Virus record (IMG/VR): IMGVR_UViG_3300025073_000001 | DNA from: a virus | Taxonomy: Duplodnaviria; Heunggongvirae; Uroviricota; Caudoviricetes | Strand: one strand, 5' to 3' | Length of the DNA: 64,000 bases | Shown: positions 1 through 9,216 of the stretch, piece after piece | Layout: every line of letters begins with the position of its first letter | Numbering within the stretch: the stretch's first letter is position 1 | Notes under the pieces: model-generated | What the model was told of the DNA's origin: nothing | What the model saw: only the letters and a program-made list of their open reading frames with translations | The model's database searches: none | Made by a program: the position numbers and the translations under genes

Positions 1-2
1 GA

Positions 3-1148
3 AATAACCGTAGACCCAAATGTAGCCACGCCAGCACTGGTCACGGTCAAAGATGTTGTAAGCGTTCCTGCCCTGATTAGTTTCAGTGTGTAATCTACAT
101 CTTCTGAACCAGTGATTGGGTCAGTAAACGTGAATTCTTGAGTGCCTGCGATGACATTTGATCCAGAAGCGTTTTCTAATTCAAATTGTTGACCAACTCC
201 AAAAGAAGCCGATACAATTCCAGTTGAAGTGTGGGAAATTTTCTGTGGGAATGAAACCGTTGCAGTAGCAGAATCTTCAATTGTTAATAATTGAGAACTT
301 CCTGAAATTGAACCAGTGACAATTAAATTTTCACTGATATAGACTCTGCCAGAACCTTTGATTCGCATTGTTTCACCAGTGAAATTGTTGTTGTAGAAGA
401 TGTGGTCGCGTGACGCACTAAATGTAGAAAAAGTATAATTTCCTGTCGAACCAATCCCTTGCCCAACCGTACCCCCAGTGCCAGCCATCAAATACCCGTA
501 AGTTGAATGCGCCGTTGTTAGCAGGAGGTATCCGGCGGAATTTTCAATCTTAACATCTCCACCTGCACTGCCAGCCGGGTTGTAATGATTATTCTTTAAA
601 GTGATTCTTCCACGGCCAGTTGCCGCCACACTATCAATAGTAACTAAAGGTAAAGTAGGATTAAAATTGCTTCCCGGAAGATACCATTTAAAAATTCCAT
701 CTTCGTTAAATTCTACTAATTTAGTTCCATTACCTGCCGTCCCTACAAAGATAGGGTTAACATCATCTCCTTTCACTTCTATTGTTCCATCAGGTGACTC
801 TGTTCCAATTCCTAATCTTGAACCTGACCAAACCAGATTGCCGCTTCCAGTTATGAAGTTAGAACCGCTGAAAATACCGATTTGAGTATTAGTTCCTGAG
901 CCAGTTAAACTTGAACTTGGTATCCCTTGGATCGAACTGTAAATTACTTGTTGGCTGGATGAAAATAATGTTTTCGAATCATACGTTCCTATTCTGCTTG
1001 AAAACGAAGCAGAAACTGAAGTAAATGATCCAGAAATATCTGATGCGATTTGAATCGAACCTGAAATAACGCCAGAAGGAAGGATTGAATTTCCATCAAC
1101 TCCTCTGGCTCCCTGACTTCCAGGTTCAAAAATTCTAACGACTTCCAT
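3..1148 (-). CDS. Tail fibre-like structural protein, 3' end truncated by window edge
   Basis: Not in the ORF track. Manual translation from ATG at 1148 (MEVVRIFEPGSQGARGVDG...) stays open to the window edge for 382 codons. Ser/Gly/Thr-rich, with RLGIGTESPDG-type fibre motifs. Confidence 0.7.
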   Translation of the reverse strand, partial: MEVVRIFEPGSQGARGVDGNSILPSGVISGSIQIASDISGSFTSVSASFSSRIGTYDSKTLFSSSQQVIYSSIQGIPSSSLTGSGTNTQIGIFSGSNFITGSGNLVWSGSRLGIGTESPDGTIEVKGDDVNPIFVGTAGNGTKLVEFNEDGIFKWYLPGSNFNPTLPLVTIDSVAATGRGRITLKNNHYNPAGSAGGDVKIENSAGYLLLTTAHSTYGYLMAGTGGTVGQGIGSTGNYTFSTFSASRDHIFYNNNFTGETMRIKGSGRVYISENLIVTGSISGSSQLLTIEDSATATVSFPQKISHTSTGIVSASFGVGQQFELENASGSNVIAGTQEFTFTDPITGSEDVDYTLKLIRAGTLTTSLTVTSAGVATFGSTVI

Positions 1149-1544
1149 TTATCGAGTTACCTCTTTCATGAGTTTCACCTTACCAGAAACTAATTCCTGA
1201 ACATATTGAGTTGCTCCGGATCCTGAATAGAATTCAATGTCAATGTAGGCAGTATCAAAGTTGAATAGTGAAGATGAATATGCACTTATCGTCATCCCAA
1301 TACTTCCACTTGAACGCGGTAAGACAACTGATGCAGAAGTTGGAGTCATATTGAAACCAGACCCATCTGCGGAAATAGAAGAACTGAAAGTTGCATAAAC
1401 TGTCGACGATTCATAACTTGGTCTTATTTGACTGCGAACTTCATATCCCGTAAAATCGAACGGAGTTGGTGGATTTCCAGTCAAATATTCAAACCTTCGA
1501 TTAAAGGTTTTTCCCTGCTTTATGATAAACGTGTACGATGACAA
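1149..1544 (-). CDS. Putative tail fibre/baseplate adaptor (beta-sandwich)
   Basis: IKQGKTF...FDFTGYEVRSQIR pattern typical of small phage tail-associated proteins; directly precedes the fibre gene. Confidence 0.5.
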   Translation of the reverse strand: MSSYTFIIKQGKTFNRRFEYLTGNPPTPFDFTGYEVRSQIRPSYESSTVYATFSSSISADGSGFNMTPTSASVVLPRSSGSIGMTISAYSSSLFNFDTAYIDIEFYSGSGATQYVQELVSGKVKLMKEVTR

Positions 1545-1880
1545 TTAGCAATCCTCAGATTCAGTATAAATCAATTTTAATGCTTTGTATGCTTGTTCGT
1601 AAATATTTGAATGTTCACTTAAATCGTATGCAAATTCAATTGGAAACCAGTGAACTGCCGCAACACCGTTATTCCTAGCAATTTCGTCTGCAAAGACAAA
1701 AATGTTCGCTTTGGTTTCTATTTTTTTAATCCAAGTCGTTTCAAGTTCAAACCCTTCTTTATCACTAGGCTGCAAATGTTCATAATCAACGATTGCAGTC
1801 GTGACGTTTTGAACTCTTAAATATGCTTCTTCCAGAATTGTTGAATCTGGCAATTCATAGTTTTTTATCTTTATTGCCAT
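1545..1880 (-). CDS. Hypothetical phage protein
   Basis: 111-aa ORF abutting its neighbours in the same operon. Confidence 0.6.
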   Translation of the reverse strand: MAIKIKNYELPDSTILEEAYLRVQNVTTAIVDYEHLQPSDKEGFELETTWIKKIETKANIFVFADEIARNNGVAAVHWFPIEFAYDLSEHSNIYEQAYKALKLIYTESEDC

Positions 1881-2162
1881 TTACTCTTTAGTTTTGTTCT
1901 TTTTCGTGATTGGTTTGAGTTCAATCTTTTCTTCAGATGTTTCCTCAACTTCTGGCTGAACGATTTCTTCTGGAATTGCAATTTCATCTACAACCTCCAC
2001 AGGAGCCACGACATTTACTTCTACTGGCGTTTCTACAAGTTCAACGATACTTGGTTTAGGTTCTTCTTTAAGTGGCTTAGAAACGATTTTTGTCGCTTCT
2101 TTCGCAGCATTAATCTTTGCTCTTTGTTGCTGCCAAGTTTCTAATTTTCCCGGTGCTGACAT
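1881..2162 (-). CDS. Hypothetical low-complexity (E/V/P/K-rich) protein
   Basis: 93 aa; SD-like AAGGA upstream of the ATG. Confidence 0.55.
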   Translation of the reverse strand: MSAPGKLETWQQQRAKINAAKEATKIVSKPLKEEPKPSIVELVETPVEVNVVAPVEVVDEIAIPEEIVQPEVEETSEEKIELKPITKKNKTKE

Positions 2163-2174
2163 AATTTTCCTTTT

Positions 2175-2582
2175 TTAATTGTAAATTCTAATTTCAATTG
2201 GCGTGTTTGCCAATATATTCGTATCCACTGTGGTCGAAACAGTATCTGATCCTGAATACGTCACTATCTTGATTTGACTTTCTGAAAATCTAGTTATAAA
2301 ACCCCATTTTCCGTTTTGGACGTGGATTGGCCATGAGACAAAGGTCTTTTCAGAAATAAAAGCATTTTCCAAAGTTCCCAACGTAATTCCAGTTCCTCCA
2401 TCAGACCAGACAATATTGCCAATAGTGTTTTCTAAAACTATCACGGTCGGAGTTTGACCAACTCCAGTCTTTGAAATTAATGCAGTATAAACTTTATATT
2501 TACCAGTTGCAATGAAATTTTCATTTCTACTTTCAAATTGATGGTCGGTTTCTAACTTACTTCTTCCTAATGTTGTTGGCAT
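2175..2582 (-). CDS. Hypothetical protein, possibly virion-associated
   Basis: KVYTALISKTG...PTVIVLENTIG module; TAGGAA upstream. Confidence 0.5.
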   Translation of the reverse strand: MPTTLGRSKLETDHQFESRNENFIATGKYKVYTALISKTGVGQTPTVIVLENTIGNIVWSDGGTGITLGTLENAFISEKTFVSWPIHVQNGKWGFITRFSESQIKIVTYSGSDTVSTTVDTNILANTPIEIRIYN

Positions 2583-2588
2583 ATATTC

Positions 2589-3242
2589 CTATTTTAATAA
2601 ATTCAATACCGATTTCACGGCTTCATGTCTGTGATTTTCAGTCAATTCAATGATTGATACATATTTTGAACCTTGTAACAGTTCAATGTCCCAAATTGCT
2701 GAATCTGCCTTAACTTTTAAATCAATTTGATCCCTGTCTCCGCAGAAAATCATGATTGAACCTTTACCTAATCTTCCAATTGCCATTCTTAATTGTGACT
2801 TGGTCAGGTTTTGAGCCTCATCCAAGATGCATACTGCTTTGTCAAAGGTTCTGCCTCTAAAAAATGTCAACGCAACTAATTCAATGTGATTCTCCTGTTC
2901 CATTGCTTTCAACTTGTCAGGTTTGTTATAAACCTTTCTCATGTTATCACGTATTGGAACTAACCAAGGATCCATTTTTTCCTGAAAAGTTCCAGGTAAA
3001 AACCCGTTGTCTTCAGTACCGACAGTTGGCCTGGTTATAATTATCCGTTCAACTTCTTTTTTAAAGAAAAGATCCATTGCGATTTGAGTTGCAAGTAATG
3101 TCTTACCACTTGCAGCACTGCCATTTAAGAATGAATACGGAGTTTTTAATATTTGTTCTTTTGCCCTCTTTTGTTCTTCCGTTAACTGAATGTCAAATTT
3201 TACTTCTCTCTTGCCGTGATTACTTTCAGTGTTTCTGTTCAA
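2589..3242 (-). CDS. phoH: PhoH-family ATPase
   Basis: Walker A variant GSAASGKT, IIITRP, RGRTFD, ILDEAQN, CGDRDQIDL, LTENHRH; TTG start. Confidence 0.92.
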   Translation of the reverse strand: MNRNTESNHGKREVKFDIQLTEEQKRAKEQILKTPYSFLNGSAASGKTLLATQIAMDLFFKKEVERIIITRPTVGTEDNGFLPGTFQEKMDPWLVPIRDNMRKVYNKPDKLKAMEQENHIELVALTFFRGRTFDKAVCILDEAQNLTKSQLRMAIGRLGKGSIMIFCGDRDQIDLKVKADSAIWDIELLQGSKYVSIIELTENHRHEAVKSVLNLLK

Positions 3243-3460
3243 ATTTTCTCAGGTTTAGTTAATAAATTTGTGATAAACGTAAGTTCTTCAATAGAATCTA
3301 AACGTCCTTTAAAGTACATATTGGAATAATTGTTTAAAGCAGTTATCGTGGTTTCTTCCCTGTCAATTGGAAGCCAAAGTAACATTTTATTGTTTTGATA
3401 AACAAATTTGTTCCAAGAAACTTGAATCCAGTTTAATTCCTGCAAATCAGATTCTGTCAT
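3239..3460 (-). CDS. Hypothetical protein
   Basis: 73 aa, overlaps the phoH start; GGAGG upstream. Confidence 0.55.
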   Translation of the reverse strand: MTESDLQELNWIQVSWNKFVYQNNKMLLWLPIDREETTITALNNYSNMYFKGRLDSIEELTFITNLLTKPEKI

Positions 3461-3480
3461 TGACTTTTCCTCCGTGTTTA

Positions 3481-3489
3481 ATAAATATC
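3481..3489 (-). promoter_or_regulatory. Putative phage late promoter element GATANTTAT
   Basis: GATATTTAT in the intergenic gap just after a terminator; the same motif recurs in other gaps. Confidence 0.45.
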
Positions 3490-3499
3490 AGTTTAAATG

Positions 3500-3535
3500 A
3501 AAAAACCCTGACCCACTAATTAAAGCAAGTCAAGG
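3500..3535 (-). terminator. Intrinsic terminator
   Basis: Minus-sense CCTTGACTTGC-loop-GTGGGTCAGGG stem (with GU pairs) followed by TTTTTT. Confidence 0.7.
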
Positions 3536-3564
3536 AAAACATTAAACAACAAACATGACAATTA

Positions 3565-3732
3565 TTACACCAACAAATCTTGATAATTGCTGAACCTTGA
3601 TTCTATTGTGTAAATTCCGTCAGAATCAATCCTTGGAATCGTTGCACTGACTTGAGTGTCAGGATAGACGTCAATTGTAAAATCACAAGTTGAATGTAAT
3701 TTGTTAACTAAATTTATTTCGTAATTTTTCAT
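3565..3732 (-). pseudogene. Possible N-terminal remnant of a Prs/RPPK-like gene (55 aa)
   Basis: Below the track length cutoff. MKNYEINLVNKLHSTCDFTIDVYPDTQVSATI...IESRFSNYQDLLV* resembles the FPDG...I-x-SR-x-x-x-x-x-DL start of phage Prs, then hits tandem TAA TAA. Confidence 0.4.
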
Positions 3733-4361
3733 ACTCTTTCGATTTTACTAGATTCTTTTTTATTTGATTGAACCTTTTGAACAATGACAAAAGTCAAAAC
3801 GCATAAAATAGCAATCACTAACTTAACCTTCATATTTGCTAATCTTGGCATCTTTATTTTCCTGCCAAAAATCTTCATCGACCAATATTTGCCGGAAGCA
3901 ACGTCAGTTCCGACGTAATACCAAGGCAATCCAGAAAGTCTATTTATGAATATCTTTTGAATGAATGCTGCCGGTGAAACTGCTAATAAAAGCCACCAAA
4001 CATTCTTCCAAGGTTTCTTGCCTGAAATGAATAATGTTCCAGAAATAGCAGTTTGATTTGCCCAAGTCCATCCGTGAATTTCGCTGAACCACTTCGTTGG
4101 AAATTTAAAACTAAATCCAACCATCAAAACACTCAACAATGAAACAAATATTCCTCCAGTTGCCAACCACTTGTTCAATTGAGTCATTTCTCCCCAATGA
4201 AAACAAAGGTTTTGAATGAGTTGAAATCCAGTAAAAATAAATAGAATTCCAACCACAATCCAACCCCAATTGATCAGACCTGCATAAAATAGTCCGTTCA
4301 AGATTCCTGATAAGCCTCGGTTAGTAATGAAACCGAAGAAGTTTTTAAATCGGTGTTTCAT
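3729..4361 (-). CDS. Multi-pass membrane protein of unknown function
   Basis: Several hydrophobic Trp/Gly-rich segments in 210 aa. Confidence 0.65.
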   Translation of the reverse strand: MKHRFKNFFGFITNRGLSGILNGLFYAGLINWGWIVVGILFIFTGFQLIQNLCFHWGEMTQLNKWLATGGIFVSLLSVLMVGFSFKFPTKWFSEIHGWTWANQTAISGTLFISGKKPWKNVWWLLLAVSPAAFIQKIFINRLSGLPWYYVGTDVASGKYWSMKIFGRKIKMPRLANMKVKLVIAILCVLTFVIVQKVQSNKKESSKIERV

Positions 4362-4564
4362 TCTTCAAAATGTCTAAGTTGAATCCAAGAAATTTCTTCT
4401 CTAATTTCCTTGGTTTCGTTGTTTTCAATTACATAAGACCAAGTATGATCGTCATAAGGCAAATCTACCTTATAAACTTCAATGACTGTCCAAGGTTCAA
4501 GCTCCCACTTGATTCCTTCCCAGTCCCATTGTCTGAATTGAACTTGATCTCCTATTTCAAACAT
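4358..4564 (-). CDS. Small hypothetical protein (SH3-like pattern)
   Basis: MFEIGDQVQF start; overlapping, coupled arrangement. Confidence 0.5.
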   Translation of the reverse strand: MFEIGDQVQFRQWDWEGIKWELEPWTVIEVYKVDLPYDDHTWSYVIENNETKEIREEISWIQLRHFEE

Positions 4565-4886
4565 TTTGAATGAATTTAATCACAGTTTGCCAAACTGCAT
4601 CTATTCTCGTCCTTGCCAAATCGCTTTCACAAATCAACCATTCAGTTTCATCATGAATTGAAATTGAGCAGTAATTTCCTTCAATTCTAACTAAATAAAC
4701 TCCTCTTCCTGCTTCTAAGTTTTCAATCTTTTCAACGACTGTCATTAAGCAATCCCAAGAAGTGTGAAATTTCAATCCATCAACTCTGATTGGAGCAACA
4801 CCTAACTTTTCCTTGATCATATTTCCTGGAAATTCAGTCCAGCCCATAAATTCTGCGATTAATTTGTTTCCTTCTTGATGTGTCAT
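4557..4886 (-). CDS. Hypothetical phage protein
   Basis: NKLIAEFMG...FHTSWDCLMTVVEKIE pattern, common in small phage proteins. Confidence 0.6.
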   Translation of the reverse strand: MTHQEGNKLIAEFMGWTEFPGNMIKEKLGVAPIRVDGLKFHTSWDCLMTVVEKIENLEAGRGVYLVRIEGNYCSISIHDETEWLICESDLARTRIDAVWQTVIKFIQNV

Positions 4887-4888
4887 AA

Positions 4889-5092
4889 TTACATTTTTGG
4901 ACTTGGTGAATCTTGAATTTTAATTCGTTGTCCGGAATTAAGTGTTTGAACTTCATCGGCACAAATTTCCCGCTGTTCCGCACATTTCAAAAGTGCGAAT
5001 TCTTTCATCAATGTTAGAGTGATCTCTTTTTCACCATACCAATCAATTTCAGGCCTGGAAAAATTTTCGTTATAATATTGTTCAGCAGTCAT
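4889..5092 (-). CDS. Hypothetical protein
   Basis: 67 aa, downstream of a host-type promoter. Confidence 0.55.
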   Translation of the reverse strand: MTAEQYYNENFSRPEIDWYGEKEITLTLMKEFALLKCAEQREICADEVQTLNSGQRIKIQDSPSPKM

Positions 5093-5131
5093 AAAAAATG
5101 TGGTTTAAAAGTTTAACTCTGTTTTACGTTA

Positions 5132-5164
5132 CAAAGATAATAACTTCTAAACCACATTTCCAAA
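5132..5164 (-). promoter_or_regulatory. Bacteroidota-type sigma-A promoter (-33/-7)
   Basis: TTTG (5161-5164), 21-nt spacer, TATCTTTG (5132-5139). Confidence 0.75.
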
Positions 5165-5380
5165 TTATTTCTTAACTTTTTTCACATTACATTTTGGACA
5201 AATACAAGTTCGTTCCTTCAAGTTAATTTTCCAACCCATTTTCCTTGCTTGTCTAAAAGCATCTGTCTTTGGATTTCCTTCATCAGAAAAGAATTGGTCA
5301 CATTCACTTCTGAATGGATTTTCGGTTTGATGATTGGGATGGTCGCAATATAGGTCGAGAGTATAGCCGGAGGAGATCAT
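5165..5380 (-). CDS. Small zinc-binding hypothetical protein
   Basis: YCDH...C...CICPKC Cys/His pattern. Confidence 0.55.
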   Translation of the reverse strand: MISSGYTLDLYCDHPNHQTENPFRSECDQFFSDEGNPKTDAFRQARKMGWKINLKERTCICPKCNVKKVKK

Positions 5381-5398
5381 AATTTTACAAAAAATAAA

Positions 5399-7342
5399 TT
5401 ATTTTCTAAAATCCAAGAGATATTCATATTTTTTGTTCGAGGTTTTGTTAAAATGTGATGTATTTGATGAGATAAAATATTCATTACATTCTTCGTTGAA
5501 ACATTTTCTCAAGGCAGTCGGAATATTGACAAGTAGATTTGGTAACGTTTTTATTTTCTGAATGAATGATTCCTTCCAAAATTCAAAGTTTAAATAATCA
5601 ATGGGATTTGAATATGTTTCTAAATCATAATATGGAATGCTAGTAAATGATAAATCAATGTTATCTGGCAGCAAAGATAAGTCAAAATCTTCAATTTTAC
5701 AATTAAATAATTCAACATTTGAAAAATTCTTTGATAATTCAACCAATTCATTGAACGTTTCAATGTTAGGTTCACATCCAATATAAGTTCCATTTGGATA
5801 CAAACTTTTAAACCCCAACATTCTTCCACCAAATCCGCAACAAGGATCAAACACAATCGGAGTTTCTTTTTCTCCAATGCAATGTTTGTAAATTGCAGCA
5901 GCCAGAACTGGCTTGAAGAATGAAACAGTATATCTACCTGCCGCAAGACCTTGAATCATCTGATGAATAGAAAAGTCAAAAATTTCACCAGAATTGTTTA
6001 TTCCAATTCTATATTTTATCACCTTTTCCATAATTTTATCATCTTTCCATGCTTCAACTGGAGATTTGGAATCTTTGAAAGAACTTTTCCAAAATGAATT
6101 GAAGGTTGACTTTAAATATGAAACACCAATTAATGAAGAATTATTATTGAAGGTTTTATCTTTTACTATTTTATCAAAATTGTATTTATTGATGGAATTT
6201 GTTATATTTGAAATATTTTCGTGGGTTTGAATAATTGGAAACTCTGGTTGAAATTCTTTTAAAAATCTAAAAATAACTCTCCAATATTTTTTCAAATTAT
6301 CCTTGCCTTTCTTATCAAGGTATTTTTTCAAATATTCTTTAGTTAGAAATTTAGTATTATTAGTAAATGAGTAGTCTTGTTCATAAACATTTTCCCAAAT
6401 ATCCTCAAATGTCACCTTTCTATCAAATTTTTTGAAGATTTCAGGTCTAACTCTAATTAATTCAAATTCTCCATTTTTACATAAATTTGTCTTCCTAAAA
6501 TCATTAATTGCACTTCCCATCATTGTTAATGTCAAGTTGTTCATTGTAGATAAATGAAATACACTCCCATCAATTTCTATTAAAAATTTTTGAAATTTAA
6601 TGTCATAATTGTGGCCTTTAAAATGAAATGGTTTTGAATCTAAATCATTTGCAATTGTAACTTGAATTTTTGTATCGTTTAAATTATACTTGTTTCGGAA
6701 AGGTTGATGTGTAAATTCACAATCGTAGCCAAATTTTTCAAGTTTTGTCTGTCTAATTTTTTCAATATTTACATAATTTTCATCGCCATATTTCTCTAAT
6801 TTTGTCTTCTTGACTTGTAATTTACCTGCTTCAGTTGATGTAAATGTCCTTGCACCATAGCGATCAATATTTGTTGCAATTAGTTTTTGTTTTATTGCAT
6901 CTTTTTCATCATCAGTTCTTTTAGAAATGGTTTCCTTTAATTTTTCTGGGTTATTAAAGGTTGGATTTTCATATCGTTCTTCTTTTGTCTCCGCAATTTT
7001 ATCTATGAATTTTTGCAACTTCATCGGATTATCAACTCCGTATTTATCTATCAATGCTTTTTTTGAATTGGTTTTAATCAATTCTTTTGTTTCTTCGGTG
7101 TGCGGTTTTCTCGGAAAATGGTTTCTAGTAAATTCATTGAAGAAATTGGGATTGTGTGATTCAAACTGCATCTTTGTTCCACATTCACATTTACAGGTCG
7201 GATGGATTCCATTAAAATAAAATTTCACAACATATTCTTTGTAAGAATTAAATTCAGAATGATTCTTTTTTAAATGACGAATTAGTTGAGTTTGGTTTTG
7301 GTGTTCTGCTTGGCAGATTTTGCATTTTAAGTCTTTTTCCAT
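5399..7342 (-). CDS. Zn-finger / PD-(D/E)xK endonuclease / amino-DNA methyltransferase fusion
   Basis: C2H2 (CKIC...HLKKNH), CKCECG, KYGxxN repeats, YDIKFQKFLIEIDG nuclease motif, SAM motif FDPCCGFGG and motif IV-like TSIPY. Start re-called to MEKDL (7342) because the putative promoter overlaps the track start. Confidence 0.7.
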   Translation of the reverse strand: MEKDLKCKICQAEHQNQTQLIRHLKKNHSEFNSYKEYVVKFYFNGIHPTCKCECGTKMQFESHNPNFFNEFTRNHFPRKPHTEETKELIKTNSKKALIDKYGVDNPMKLQKFIDKIAETKEERYENPTFNNPEKLKETISKRTDDEKDAIKQKLIATNIDRYGARTFTSTEAGKLQVKKTKLEKYGDENYVNIEKIRQTKLEKFGYDCEFTHQPFRNKYNLNDTKIQVTIANDLDSKPFHFKGHNYDIKFQKFLIEIDGSVFHLSTMNNLTLTMMGSAINDFRKTNLCKNGEFELIRVRPEIFKKFDRKVTFEDIWENVYEQDYSFTNNTKFLTKEYLKKYLDKKGKDNLKKYWRVIFRFLKEFQPEFPIIQTHENISNITNSINKYNFDKIVKDKTFNNNSSLIGVSYLKSTFNSFWKSSFKDSKSPVEAWKDDKIMEKVIKYRIGINNSGEIFDFSIHQMIQGLAAGRYTVSFFKPVLAAAIYKHCIGEKETPIVFDPCCGFGGRMLGFKSLYPNGTYIGCEPNIETFNELVELSKNFSNVELFNCKIEDFDLSLLPDNIDLSFTSIPYYDLETYSNPIDYLNFEFWKESFIQKIKTLPNLLVNIPTALRKCFNEECNEYFISSNTSHFNKTSNKKYEYLLDFRK

Positions 7343-7368
7343 AACGATTTTTATTTTTATCCTTTTCA

Positions 7369-7377
7369 ATAAATATC
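7369..7377 (-). promoter_or_regulatory. Putative late promoter element GATANTTAT
   Basis: GATATTTAT between the capsid terminator and the endonuclease-MTase gene. Confidence 0.45.
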
Positions 7378-7429
7378 AGAACTATAATAGAAAACACCTG
7401 TTTCAAACGACTATTAACATATCATTAAC

Positions 7430-7466
7430 AAAATAGCCCCAATCTTTGCAGAATGAGGCTATTTTT
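7430..7466 (-). terminator. Intrinsic terminator of the major capsid transcript
   Basis: AATAGCC/GGCTATT stem with a GCAA tetraloop and a T tail, 20 nt after the MCP stop. Confidence 0.75.
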
Positions 7467-7485
7467 TAATAAATTTGGCTATAAA

Positions 7486-9159
7486 TTAAAGGGTATTTAG
7501 ACCTTCAACATAGATCTTTCCGTAATACTCGGGCCGTAGGGTTCCTTTCGCATAACGTGTCATTACGCCCTTACGAGGAACAAAGTTATCTGGGTCAAGA
7601 ATAGTAGGTGTCATAATTAACGGAATATATGGAGAATAGAAAGCCCCAGTTTCAAGCCATTGACTACCTCTATATCCCATCAAAATACAGTTCTCTTTCA
7701 TATAAGGATTCTTATATACTTGGAATCTGTTATTCAATGCACCAATCTTCTGAACACCCATTGAGAACTTAGCCTGATTTCCGTCAGTATCTGCGGCATA
7801 ACCAGGAATAGATTCAAGAATTGTCGCAACCAAAGGAGAACAAACTAAGAAGTTAGCACCACCACGAACAGTTGCTTGGTGGATTCTATTGGACATTTTT
7901 TGAATCTTTGTACCAATAGTTTGGAACCAAGTTCCTTGAGTGTAAGCGGTCAAGTTCGCAGCAATTGCGCCAAACGTGCTGTTTCCAGAATTATATTCAT
8001 AACCAATCCTCGTTGACCAGTAATCAGTTACTGCGGCATTCTGGATTAACATATCCAAGATTTCAAGGTCAATTTCTTGAGAAATATATTCACCAAGGAT
8101 ACCTGTCAATTCTGCCTCCGCATCAATATTTTGATACGCATTCAAGTCTTGAGCAAATTCAGGAGTCCAAATTGCTTTCAACTTACGGGTTTTAGCAACG
8201 ATTGGATCTGAACGCAATTCAAGGCTCAATTGTGGAATATCGAGATTATCATCAATATTTGAACCTGCTTGAGTTTTACCTGCTTCAAAATCACCACGTG
8301 TTACATCAGTTGGCTGCTTGTGATAATTGACAATTACTGTTGAATTCTGACCAGTAAACAATGCTCCTGAAACGATAAATGAAACAATTGCAGTAGATTT
8401 ATTATACTTCGTGAATTCTTGGTAAACATCATTGATCAACGTTCCTGTTCCATTACTCAATGTGAATGCTCTAACACCATTTGGATCAAAGTTTGCAATT
8501 GATGCAGTTGCAATGTTAATCTTGTAAACAGTTGTTGGATTTGGTGCAACAATTGAAGAACTAAATTCTGAACTGAAGTTATAATCAACTGCTGAAACTG
8601 AACCTGTGGTATAGGTCGTTGAGTCTGCAGTTGAACCTGAAGTCAGTGCAGAAGAGGAATAATCGTTGATTGTGTAACCAAAACGACCTGGACCATAAAG
8701 TCCCTCAGTTGGAGTTCCCCATCCGTAACTTGCAGCAGTTCCTTTGTTTGCGTCAGAAACACCAAATACCGAGTCATTCTGTGAATCTTTACCTGAGTTG
8801 GTATTGAAACCTGGCTGACCAGTTCCGTATTTAATATCCAACCAGAAAACAAGTCCAGAAGGCATATTCATTGGTTGAACCGAAACGAAATCCTTTGCTG
8901 ATACTTCCGCGAAAATCCTACGAATCAACGGAAGTGCAATTCCTGCCCATTCTTCCGAACCTGCAACGGTTCCAGTTTGGTTTGCTTCAGTTACTAATTG
9001 ACGTGCTTGGTTTTCAAGCAATTGCGCCATATTTCCTTTTTCGGGACCTTTCAGTCCTTCAAGTAGGCCGGTTTTCTCCCACTTTCTAGTTAACATTTGT
9101 GCTTGCTTCCTTTGATTCATGTATGTATCTTTAGGAAGCAAATCGCTCAATTGACTCAT
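7486..9159 (-). CDS. Major capsid protein (T4 gp23-like)
   Basis: KWEKTGLLEGL, LLENQ, VQPMNMPSGLVF, AKTRKLKAIWTPEFAQDL, IDAEAEL, FYSPYIPL, PRKGVMTRYA; likely maturation site LVTE/A. Confidence 0.97.
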   Translation of the reverse strand: MSQLSDLLPKDTYMNQRKQAQMLTRKWEKTGLLEGLKGPEKGNMAQLLENQARQLVTEANQTGTVAGSEEWAGIALPLIRRIFAEVSAKDFVSVQPMNMPSGLVFWLDIKYGTGQPGFNTNSGKDSQNDSVFGVSDANKGTAASYGWGTPTEGLYGPGRFGYTINDYSSSALTSGSTADSTTYTTGSVSAVDYNFSSEFSSSIVAPNPTTVYKINIATASIANFDPNGVRAFTLSNGTGTLINDVYQEFTKYNKSTAIVSFIVSGALFTGQNSTVIVNYHKQPTDVTRGDFEAGKTQAGSNIDDNLDIPQLSLELRSDPIVAKTRKLKAIWTPEFAQDLNAYQNIDAEAELTGILGEYISQEIDLEILDMLIQNAAVTDYWSTRIGYEYNSGNSTFGAIAANLTAYTQGTWFQTIGTKIQKMSNRIHQATVRGGANFLVCSPLVATILESIPGYAADTDGNQAKFSMGVQKIGALNNRFQVYKNPYMKENCILMGYRGSQWLETGAFYSPYIPLIMTPTILDPDNFVPRKGVMTRYAKGTLRPEYYGKIYVEGLNTL

Positions 9160-9216
9160 TTATTCATTTTCCTTATTTTTATTTTTGTTAGTAATTTGAT
9201 CTTTGAATGGTCGTTT

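Noticed and set aside
601-885. Plus-strand 94-aa ORF
   Set aside because: Antisense shadow of the long minus-strand fibre gene (3-1148) that the track missed because it runs off the edge.
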